Source of the DNA: Octopus sinensis
Taxonomy: Eukaryota
DNA length: 64,000 bases
Direction of reading: 5' to 3'
Assembly: GCF_006345805.1 (NCBI RefSeq)
Contig: NC_042998.1
Location: 188,232,001 to 188,296,000 of the forward strand
Part shown: positions 53,031 through 64,000 of the stretch, in pieces
Position numbering within the stretch: position 1 is the first letter of the stretch
Layout of the letters: each line of letters begins with the position of its first letter
Program-made: the position numbers and the translations under genes
Notes under the pieces: generated by a model
What the model saw: only the letters and a program-made list of their open reading frames with translations
Told to the model about the DNA's origin: nothing
The model's database searches: none

Positions 53031-53420
53031 CGCAGGAGTGGCTGTCTGGTAAGTAGCTGTGTCTACCAGTCACATGGCACCTTGGGTAAGTGTCTTCTAC
53101 TATAGCCTCGGGCCGACCAAAGCCTTGTGAGTGGATTTGGTAGGCGGAAACTGAAAGAAGCCCGCCGTATATATGTATATATATATATATTATATATATA
53201 TATATGCGTGTGTGTTTGTGTGTCTGTGTTTGTCCTCTAGCATTGCTTGACAACCGATGCTGGTGTGTTTATGTCCCCGTTACTTAGCGGTTAGGCAAAA
53301 GAGACCGATAGAATAAGTACTGGGCTTACAAAAGAATAAGCCCCGGGGTCGAGTTGCTCGATTAAAGGCGGTGCTCCAGCATGGCCGCAGTCAAATGACT
53401 GAAACAAGTAAAAGAGTAAA
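53029..53420 (+). mobile_element. tRNA-SINE with CORE-like domain and internal microsatellite
   Basis: ggcgcaggagtggct head; ggcaccttgggtaagtgtctt (CORE-like); internal (TA)n/(GT)n; tail gcatggccgcagtcaaatgactgaaacaagtaaaagagtaaaa. Confidence 0.85.
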
Positions 53421-53462
53421 ATAGTATATATATATATACATAAATGCAAAGATAGATCCAGA

Positions 53463-53502
<40 letters not shown>

Positions 53503-54226
53503 AGAATGAATTGAAGAAAATGAATGGAAGGAAATGATAATACTGATGTTATAGGAAGTTAAACACCGATGTTGTTTCAGTGTGGATTGGAATGCCGAGA
53601 ATACTAATTTTGATTCTATTAAATTTCATACAGTTGCGGCTGCTGATTAGGATGATGCTGATGGATGAATATGACTGTAGAATATATATATATACATATA
53701 TAATGCATACGTAAGCCGCTAGTGCATCGATAATGGTAGTATGTAGCCTGAAACAAGTTGTATGTTGTTGTTGTAAACATCGTCCGGGTGGTAAATGAAT
53801 TCTTGCTGTAAAATGTTGTTCTTTTGCCAAACAATTTAAAGATGTTAAAACTCACCGAAGCACATTCAGTATTTTCTTCGTTTATACTTGTTTATAAATC
53901 TAGACTTTGCCTCATCTAAAGAGAGATGAAGTGAATATATTTTTATTCTCCAAGTAGTGTTCATGGAATGACTGATAACTTTGAAATGATTAATAACCGT
54001 GGTGTATATCCGTGCTCAAACATATACATACAAGCACATACACACGTGCGTGTTATATATATATATATATATATACACATACATACATATATATATGTAT
54101 ACTATATATATATATATATAGTATACATAAAATCAAAATAAGCAACAAGTATAGTATACATAGATAGATATAGATACAGATAGATAAATAAATAAATAGA
54201 TAGATAGATAGATAGATGGATGGATG

Positions 54227-54260
<34 letters not shown>

Positions 54261-55564
54261 CATATATAAATACATAGGCATGGATTTAAATGATTCAGAT
54301 TGGTACTGAGGCATTGGAAGAATTCTATAAAAATAACTCTTTATTTCGCCCTTTCTTTGAGACTCACACATACGCGGCAAAGCTTTAGTTTTCTTCTCTA
54401 ACAAAAGTGTAAACTTCGTTTGGAATCTTTTATGTATTTCAGGTTGTGATCAGTAATTCAAAGGTCCACATTGTAAAGCTGATTTCTCCTTCTAATTATG
54501 CTTAGGGTACACGTACCTACGGGATATTCATCCACTTACACGATAAATCAGTATTTTTCAGTAGTTCAGATAGTCGATCTTGCAACTGTAACTCATGGTT
54601 GTCAAGTTCTGACTGAGATCTAAGGTATTACTAATTAACATAATTAATAATTAGCTTATATTTAATTGGATCTAGATGAAGGTTTATCATTAACCTCGGT
54701 ACATGAGAAATATATAGGTTTACTAGATATATTTGATTAGATATTAGCTAGTAAGTTACGGTAGATTTGTGGCACGCACACAGACATACTCATATTTGTA
54801 TAGATGTCTGTACACACAAATACATACTCGCATAGGCCTGTATAAATGTGCGTACGTGTGTGTTTGTATGTGTGTATATAGTTTATTTTTATAGATGTAT
54901 ACTCACATAGACGCGGACACATGTATAGTTCAAGAAGAAAGCGTCAATTTTCCTCAAGGCCACCAAAACCAACGTCAAAACATTTATATTAGGAAACAAA
55001 TTATTCGAACAGAGGGAAGCCTTCACGCACCTGTGCAATGGACATGGAAGCACTCATCTATGATCGAGACTATCTACGCACACAGATACACGTACACACA
55101 CAAATACGCACACACACAGTTATGCCATACTTGATGTAGTGAGCAAACAAATTTCAATTAATCACAATCACTCCTACTGTGAAGAGCCAAAAAAACGTTA
55201 ACCCTAGGCCGGTTGAGGTGACAAATTCCCAAATCTTAATCAAAATTGAAATTATGTATATAGAGAAGATAAGTGATATTAGGTGAGGCGCTAATATTAA
55301 TTATTTGATCTTTGACAGGTGCAGTGAGAACACCAAATATGTTTTGCTTGTATTAGTGCTCTTCAGAAAGGCATAGTTCCCCCACCCGCTAGTTGCCAGA
55401 CTAGAGATAAAGGATTGACTACGTAAGTGCACAATAATGTACAGCATATGTAGTGTTCTGTGATTGGTTATATGTATATATATGTATAATGCAGCGGAAA
55501 CATTTACCAGGGTCCTTTATAGCAGCAGATACACTCTATTTATATATCTATGTATATATATATT

Positions 55565-55635
<71 letters not shown>

Positions 55636-55919
55636 ATCGAGACAAAACACTATTTTGAAAAAACAAACAAGGAAAGACTTAATCAATACATAAAAATTGT
55701 TAATATAAAGAAATAAGTGATATTTATTTCTTTATATTAAAAATTTTTTATGTATTGATTAAGTCTTTCCTTGTTTGTTTTGCAAAATAGTGGTTTTGTC
55801 TCGAATTATATTATATAATATTTTACTATAAAATTGGATTTGATCCTAAATCTGATTTTTCCCTGTAAATTTGGATTTATTCCCTAATATTTATTATATA
55901 TATATATATATATATATAT

Positions 55920-56100
55920 CGCCATGATAGATCGGTAGCCACCACACATTTTTTTGTTTCTTTTTGCTTTCCTTTGTGTGGAAGAGCGTAGGCTCTAAAC
56001 GTAAAATACTTTTTCAATTCCCAAGCATTATACTAATACATCTGTTTGTTGTTCGACAACACCTGTCTTCGTATTTTGTTTTTTTCGTGAAATTTTCCTT
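55920..56100 (+). mobile_element. Decayed copy of the HHR-bearing short element, between (TA)n tracts
   Basis: Matches 20733-20910; the core has degenerated to gtgtggaagagcgtaggctctaaacgta. Confidence 0.75.
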
Positions 56101-56196
56101 TATATATATATATATATATCTCCCTGAGCGCCTATTAATAATATACTGTAATTGTTCCTGTTGTTGTTGTTTTTTTGTTCCCTTTTGGATCATATA

Positions 56197-56241
<45 letters not shown>

Positions 56242-57444
56242 TCACACACGTGTATACATATATATGCATGAACACATGCGCATACTCACACACACATATA
56301 TGCATATATATATATATATATATATGTGTATATGTATATATATCTATATATATAGGTACATCACTAGTTGTTCAGCCTCCTTGGGTCTAATCCCGTGCCA
56401 GGACAATCATTTTGCCGGATTAAAAAAGGTTACGTAAAAGTAATCCTGGATAAGTTCCTAGAAGACTGCTCTCGCCTTAGTAGCTTTTTCGCTATTAAAT
56501 CATTACGACATTCCTTTCTTTATTCAGTAAAAGCATGTTATCAAGTGGAAAACATTCCTGAGACACAACTGTAAGATGAAGGCGTAAATATTTAAGACAG
56601 AAATGAAAGCCACACCCTAATCTCCAAACCAATGCCCTTCCCCACCCCTACAACCAGATTCTCTCTGTCAAGAGCATATATTTACCTTTTTCGCTTCCAT
56701 ATTGGAACGCTATGTTATCTATTAGCTTCCTTTTTAAAGAAAGTGTACATTGGGGGTTAGAACGTGGTGTTAGATTTAATTTTAAACACTTTATATTATT
56801 ATTGTTAGGTATCGAGAGAGTGTCTCTGCTTTTATGATGTATTACTAGTGACTTAAGAAATGTATACCGTGAAGTCTTGGGAGTGAAAAACTTATTAATA
56901 ATGGTCGCAGGAAATTGGTGTTCTCATCTCAAATAATTATATCCGTACTAAAAAAGGTAGTGGAACACAGTTGTCAGTATATACACACACAAACACAGAC
57001 AAATGTATATGTTCCATTTAGTACACGACGGTATCAAGTTTTATTTTTTGTTTTAAATGTTTCGTATTTTCTTAGCCTTGCACTCAAACAAACACACAGA
57101 CACATGCGCTGAAGCGTTCGGGCATCCGTCCAGTTCTCCCATCCTCCACAAAAATCTACGCATATCACACATATCCCCAACTTCTACATGTATTTTCAGA
57201 GAACTCTTGTAAACCTACATCTCAGAGACATGGACAGTTCGTTTTGTTTTTCTTCACAGCACCAACAAACTGGATGTGGGCTTTCACATCCATAACGAAG
57301 AATAGTCACCATATTGTTTTCCATTCCTGCTAGATGTGACGAGCATATGGATTTACGTATCCGTGCTGATATCTAACATTCGGTGAGAAATCGACTGGTA
57401 AGATCGGACGTAATGGATTGATACTGTACACTTTGGTTAATATA

Positions 57445-58696
57445 CGAGAGGCATTCATTAAAGATTTCCCCCCGACCTACTTCCGGAAACGAAACTTGTA
57501 CCGGTATTATCATACATGTCTCTATATGTCACATTATAAATTGCAACTTTCCACTAGTATTCGTTTGTCTTTTACGGTTGCTGAAGTGAACAAAGGTGGT
57601 ATAATGGAGGAAGTTGAATGCAGATCAGTGTTCAGGCTCTTATACTTGAAAAGTTGTACACCGAAAGAGACTTTCGATGAAACGAAAAAAAGTTTATGGT
57701 GACGATGCACCATCATAAACGTAGTCAAGCCCTGGCATTGCCAGTTCAAATGTGGTCGGACATCGATAGAAACTGCTCCTATTCCTGGACGACTATATTT
57801 CGCCATTGATGGCGACACCACCATTAAATAAAAGCGTCATTTTGAAGGATCGCCGCATAACTGTTCGGCAACTAGCCCAAGAAGTGAAGATAAGTGTAGG
57901 GTCTGTGGAAAAAAATCCTTCACGACCATTTGCACATTCGGAAGTTGTCTGCACAACGGATTCCCCGGATGCTCACAGCTTTTCAGAAGCAAAAACGAGT
58001 CAATTGCTCCCGGGCTCTTTTGGCAATATACCAAGAAAATAAGGAATACATTTTTGGCAGACTTATCGCACAGGATGAAACTGTGATCCTGAGACTAAAG
58101 TTCAGCCGAAGCAATGAAACCTTCCAAAGAAGGTTCGTGTACAACCCTTAACAAGTAAGGTGATGTTCACAGTCTTTTGGGACCATCACGGAGTATTGAT
58201 GATGGATTTTCTGGTAAAGGGCACTACAATTAACGGGGCATATTATGCATTTCTGCTGCAGAAGTTGTGGGACACCATCAAAGCAGAGAAGCGTGGAATA
58301 CTGACCAAAGAATTCCGCCTCTTCCAAGAGAACTCCCTAGTTCACAAGGCGGATGTTGCTCAGATGACAACACACCTGTGCACCATGAAATCCTTCCTCA
58401 TCCCCTTTACTCTCCCGACATTGCACCATCTGACTTCCACCTCTTTCCAACTATGAAGTCTTTTTGAAAGGGAAGCACTTTTCGGATGATGAACTTATTT
58501 CCGAGGTAAAGTCTTGTCTCCAGACGCAACCTAATGACTTCTACAGAAAGAAGTCTTTGCAGCTGTATAAAGCAATGAGAGAAGTATGTCATCATTGGTG
58601 GTGGCTATGTAGAGAAGGACTAATAATTACGCCAAGTTTCATTTATCCCAGTCGTTGGGAAGTGGGCAAGGGGAAATCTTTAATGAACTCTCCTCA
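57445..58696 (+). mobile_element. Full-length, inactivated mariner transposon (DD34D type)
   Basis: TIRs CGAGAGGCATTCATTAAAGATTTCCCC and GGGGAAATCTTTAATGAACTCTCCTCA, each flanked by TA. Fragments: 'RKLSAQRIPRMLT..QK..RV', 'IAQDET', 'MFTVFWDHHGVL..DFL.KG.TING.YY..LL', 'HPLYSPDIAPSDFHLF', 'GKHFSDDE'. Multiple stops and frameshifts. Confidence 0.96.
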
Positions 58697-58723
58697 TATG
58701 TGTGTGTATGTGTGTGTGTGTGT

Positions 58724-58762
<39 letters not shown>

Positions 58763-58996
58763 AGATCCTCATGTTCATATGAATATATACGCATGTGTAA
58801 CAAATACGTTTTTTCTTCATTATTTGTATTTTTATATTTATATTTCATTATCATTCTGAAAACGTGGGCGACACATTCATATACATACATACATGTGTAC
58901 ACACATACATACATACATACATACACACATACGTACGTACATACATACATGTCCACATACATACGTACATACATATACATACATACATACATACAA

Positions 58997-59029
<33 letters not shown>

Positions 59030-59084
59030 CATACATATATATATATATATATATATGATGGACTCTCCCGTCGAATATGACTTG

Positions 59085-59272
59085 CACAAATGATTTGTTT
59101 ATAGTGATCAGATTAACGTGCTATACATTAGCTAACTTCCGCCATTAAATCGACGATTCCCGGACATGTGCACTGTGTGCCGCGAGGTGAAGTGTTTTGC
59201 TCAAAAGCACAACGGATTGAAATCGGGATCTCGCTATCGTGGCTACAGCACCCTAACCACAAAGCCATGTGT

Positions 59273-59278
<6 letters not shown>
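59085..59278 (-). mobile_element. tRNA-SINE (same family as 4327-4564)
   Basis: gcacaaatgatttgtttatagtgatca...gtgctatacattagct...gttttgctcaaaagcacaac...aaccacaaagccatg. Confidence 0.8.
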
Positions 59279-59336
<58 letters not shown>

Positions 59337-59419
59337 TCGCCCACTCACTCACTTACTCACACGCAGGCATGCACACATAGACACACACATACATACACAC
59401 ACGCATACGCACACACACA

Positions 59420-59605
59420 CAGACATGACACACATACTGTGGACTGTTCTTTTCCTTCTCTCCGGACATTTTCCTTTTGCCTCTTTCTGAAGTGATGCTC
59501 GAAACGTCACGCCCCATCTTATTTCTCTAGGCGTCAGTCTAATACACTCACTATGTATGGTCCTTTGTTTCTCTTGTTTTGTTTTTATTTTTGATTTACA
59601 TATAT
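59420..59605 (+). mobile_element. Decayed PLE-associated element with an HHR remnant
   Basis: ctctttctgaagtgatgctcgaaacgtcac...ctaatacactcact parallels 33400-33750. Confidence 0.55.
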
Positions 59606-60047
59606 ATGTCTGTGTGTGCTCAAATATTTATGTACGTATGTGTATGCATTCGTATATCTGAGTGTACCTGGCCGCGACATTACACGTGTGTATAGAGATA
59701 TATGTTGTTTGTGACCTCAACACATGTACACGAACAAATAAAGAGTGCTGGGTTTTGTTTTGAATTTTATTTTCGTTAACCTACTCTTCTTATATTCTTT
59801 GTTGTTGTTTCTGATAGAATAAAGATTTGTGTCAAGATATCTCGTACTCTGTTAAAGAGCATGTCTCTGCTAAAACTATCAGATGTCTCTGGTAACATTC
59901 CATCGAGGTCTTTGGAATCAGATTTTCTAAGCTCACGGCTGCAGTGAATCACCGTCTCAATAAAAAACAACGGGTACGAATACTTGTCTCAATTCTTTAG
60001 AAAAATTGCATTTCTCTCCTCGCTTCTTTCTCTATGCGTAACATATG

Positions 60048-60085
<38 letters not shown>

Positions 60086-60459
60086 ATGTCGGGCTATTTA
60101 TATAAGGTGCCTCGAAAACATCGAAGACTATTTTGATTTTGTATTACCCTGCAAACTATTAAGAAATGGTCTATTTATATATTTATCCTTTTATTCTTTG
60201 GCGGACAGGATAAATACGTAAATGTTTTCTGGAGGCGTTTTATCTTTGTTAGGCTAACAGCAGCATTGAGCTAGGAAGATTTCGAAGTTTTAAGCTATGG
60301 ATCACGAAATGCAGTAAAGATGGGTGAAATCAAAATGAAGTATTTTATCGTTGTTGTTGATACTGTCAATGGTTCTGTTCAAATCTATTCCTCGGGGGCC
60401 ACCTTCAAATTTTCATTTTTCGTTTCAAGTCATCGTTGTTAATGTTGATATTGCTGCTT

Positions 60460-60585
60460 CTGTTGCTGTTTCTTCTTCTTCTTCATCTTCTTCTCCTTCT
60501 CCTCCTCCTCTTCTTCTTCCTCCTCCTCTTCCTCCTCTCCCATCTCTTTCTCTTCCGCCCCCCTCCTCCCCGTCCTTCTTTTTAT
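60460..60585. repeat. (CTT)n/(CCT)n low-complexity tract
   Basis: Directly visible; source of the poly-Ser/Pro ORF. Confidence 0.9.
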
Positions 60586-60880
60586 TCTTGAAAATTTGGA
60601 ATTTTCTTACGATTCAAAAGACCTTACACTTAGTTAGTGGGGTTTGTATGTCAGCTGGATTCACATACAAAACTGCAATGCCCAGTAGCTTTATCTAACC
60701 TGTCTTCTCTTAAGGATAATGGGGTATTTAACGGACAACAACAACAAAAATAATGATCAGCTGGTCTTCAGTTCTGTGTAAATGCCTATCAAAATAATCC
60801 CGGATATTCAAGAGAAACAAAATACTGGGCAGCGACATGGCTGTGTAGTTGAAAAATATACATGTACACACACACACAAC

Positions 60881-60928
<48 letters not shown>

Positions 60929-61703
60929 CGCACGGCGAGAAGCCAACTCCCTTTCATGAAATGAATATCTTGCATGAAAGATCATTCTAATCTGCATGAT
61001 TAAAAGCTATGCGATTTAATATATTAGAACAGACGAAGAGAAATTATGTAACTACATACTTGAACATAATAGAACTGTTCGTACCAAACGCTTTCACTGA
61101 ATTCTACATGGTTCATACATACATATATACATGTATATATATACACACACACATATATGTATATATATATATGTATATATACATACATCTCGTGTTAAAA
61201 GAGCTATTTCTTTGTTGAAATACGGTCGAGATTATGCATATTGCGGTAAGTGGTAGGTAGTGAATTTAATTGTATTAGAGGAGTATTTCATATACAAAGA
61301 GAGATTATTTTACTTTATATAAGAACTAGTGCTCTATAGTAAACACAGTTGCAGGTTTTCAGAAGGCCTCATTCAGTGGATTTTTTTATACGGAGTTTTT
61401 TTTTTCTAGAAGTTTCAGTGACGCAGTGTGATTGCCCAAGTTTTCGGTTTATCATCCGGCATTTTTAATAGCCCGGGATACGTATCAGTGGAGAAGGATA
61501 CGAAGGATATATCCATGTGTGTGTGTGTGTGTGCGTGTGTGTGTGTGTGTGCATAACCGGGAAGAAGATGACTAGAGAGCTGTTCTGATGAGTAGATAGG
61601 TGAAAACAAATCCGGACTATAAGAAATGTATGCCTGCAACATTCAAGTATGTGTTTGCACACATACATGTGCGCACGTAAAGATATGAATCTCTCTCTCT
61701 CTC

Positions 61704-61762
<59 letters not shown>

Positions 61763-62739
61763 AAAGAGAGAGAGGGGGGGAAAGAAAGAGAGAATGAGAA
61801 AGACAGAGAGCGAAAGAGAGGGTTAGAAAGAGAGAGAGAGAGAGAGAAAGAGAGAATGCAGTCCGAATATCAGGACAAAAACAAGGCACTCTTTTTACGC
61901 CCTCATCAAAGGGAACATATAATATGAGCACCCTTCCTGCTAACTGGCATGTCTAGCAAAACAACCTCCGTTTTCTTTCACTTTTGATGAAACACTGCTA
62001 CTATTAAAGTTCACTATGTGATAGGAGAATCTCACAATTATTGATAGAAGCTAAAAATAAGAATTGGGCCGTAGCCAAAATACAATCGACCTGAAAGTGT
62101 TTTCTTAGAGTTCAAATAGCAACATGCTTTGTTATTGACATATGATGCATAAGAATGTTTTGAAATATGGAAATACAAAATCTAAATTTTTCTATTCCAT
62201 CTATATTACTTAATTCCTCTATTGTCGACTATGATATATATATTAATTAGAATCAGCAGATATAAAGCACTAATTCTTTAATACGCAAAAATAATCCCTT
62301 TTTAAGGCGATCAACCATGGAAATCTATTACAAAGTTTAAAAGAAACGTTCAGGCATCGCTGAGTAATTTGCTTTTATATAATGTTTCAATTATTTTCAT
62401 CTGCTGACGGTGGATCATCTTAACACATTTAGTATAAATACCAAGTGATGATACTAATCAATATATACTAAAGTACATAACACAAAGCTATTTATGTGTG
62501 TTGCATGTGTATTTAGTGTGAATCTATGTGTATCGCGAAGACATTTCGAACTTCGTTGTAGGGAATATAGTCATACTTTCTGAGGAGCTCGGTTGAAATA
62601 CAATTTTCGTGGGGAGCTTTGATATTGTTTGTAGAAAATTTTTACTAAACGTGACTATGTTATTCTAACCATTCCATCATGTTTGACGGTTTCTTCAGAT
62701 ACACCTAGAAGTTTTCTCCAGCGTCCTAAAATGGCTATC

Positions 62740-63300
62740 TGTTAGTAGGAAGCCTGTCTATAATTTTAGTGGAGCGTGTTTAGACTACTGCTTTCTAATA
62801 TGGCCATAGCACGCACAGTGTAAAATTAACGACGGAACTCAAGGCAATCTTGTGATTGTCTCAATGTGATATGTCAGCTACTTGAAGAGGCAGAAAAGTT
62901 ATCACTCTACTCCCCAGAACGAAGACAGGAAAGATACGCAGTGTTATACATCTAAAAAAATCCGGGAAGGAATTGTATCAAATTTTAAAATCGAATGTTG
63001 CGCAAACAGCAGAAAGGGATGCCACTGCAAAGAGCCAAAGATCTCAACATTACTATCAGGATACAGGACCAGATACTGCAACAGCTTAGGTTTCAAGGGC
63101 CTACAACTCTTCAATACCCCCCACCAAAGCATGAGAGACCTATATGGGGTGAATCAAGATGTCTTCAAAATTATGTTGGATCGCCTCTTGTCAAGAGCGC
63201 CGGATCAACCTACCTCACGGGAGAAGACGCAATCAAGCAGTGAAAGCGTAGCAAAGATAATGGCGGTCTACCGGCATGGCCGTAGGTCCCGAGCTGAAAC
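62740..63300 (+). mobile_element. 3' end of a CR1/L2-like LINE (decayed) with an (TA)n tail
   Basis: 'LDYC..IWP', 'KLSLYSPERRQERYAVLYI*KIREGIVSNF', 'NSLGFKGLQLFN.....RDL.G...DVFK..LDRLL...PDQP'. Confidence 0.8.
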
Positions 63301-63302
63301 TA

Positions 63303-63348
<46 letters not shown>

Positions 63349-63857
63349 TATATATAATATATATATATATATACATATACCTACTCAATATTGTGTGTAT
63401 ATCATATAACTATATACAATGTAATATTAAATAACAAAATATGATAGATATATATATTAGATTACTGGTGTGTTAAGAATATTCTGTTTCATTGCTATAA
63501 ATTATTGTAGAAGATATCTATATGTTTTTGTAGATATGTTCTGTAATACGTTATAGCAATGAAACCAACAAGTTAACACAATAGTGCCTAGTTACCCAGT
63601 TCATATCAACCCTTAATATTAGTCGCTTCGTAAGCTATAGGTCCGCGGATATGTGGGAATGGTACACATTTGCTAATGATGATTTTAACAAGAATACAAA
63701 TATGTATCAAGCTGTTCCCTCACTTTTTCTATCCACACATTGCATAAGCGAATTGTTTACAATCGTCTTAGCACACTACTGGATAAAAACAACCTATCGG
63801 GTTATTCTACAGTACGGTATAGAAATATAGACATATATACATCCACATATATATATA

Positions 63858-64000
63858 CAGAGGTTGGACAAAATAATGGAAACATCTTAAAATTTCAAAC
63901 AAATTTATTTTGGCAGTAATTACAGCTTGAATTCTACGAGGTATAGACTTTTACAAAGATTGAATTGTTCCGAAAGGAATTTTTGTTCATTCTTCAGTTA
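63858..64000 (-). mobile_element. 3' end of a Tc1-like element continuing beyond the window
   Basis: TA|CAGAGGTTGGACAAAATAATGGAAACATC TIR, nearly the same as 49609-49637; the minus strand reads 'EE*TKIPFGTIQSL*KSIPRRIQAVITAK'. Confidence 0.85.

Noticed and set aside
61585-61607. CTGATGA GTAGATAGGT GAAA
   Set aside because: No convincing stem II, stem III or stem I.
49609-63890. Matching Tc1 TIRs at 49.6 kb and 63.9 kb as one composite transposon
   Set aside because: The TIRs point away from each other and belong to two separate minus-strand elements (the 5' end of one, the 3' end of another).

Overview
AT-rich, microsatellite-dense eukaryotic non-coding DNA, either intronic or intergenic. 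The tRNA-derived SINE families and repeat landscape point to a coleoid cephalopod, probably Octopus (inference). I recognise no intact host gene; nearly all listed ORFs are microsatellite read-through or decayed transposon fragments. Identifiable content: a decayed Ty3/Gypsy pol, an RTE LINE, CR1/L2-like LINE remnants, R4/Dong-like and other restriction-like-endonuclease (RLE) retrotransposon remnants, a full-length dead mariner, further mariner/Tc1 fragments, about 20 SINE copies (several with clear target-site duplications, TSDs), and Penelope-like element (PLE) remnants. The most interesting signal is RNA-structural. About ten minimal type I hammerhead-ribozyme (HHR)-like motifs occur with covarying stems. 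They include a near-perfect ~406-nt non-coding tandem duplication with one HHR per unit (retrozyme-like, 27.7-28.5 kb), a head-to-head inverted HHR pair (48.6-48.9 kb), and a PLE endonuclease end followed by a U3-A8 variant HHR and a 35-nt GT-AG intron candidate (49.8-50.0 kb). There is also a ~455-bp loop-less palindrome later interrupted by a SINE (50.9-51.7 kb). All calls and coordinates were read by eye; no searches or folding were run, so boundaries of decayed elements are approximate.
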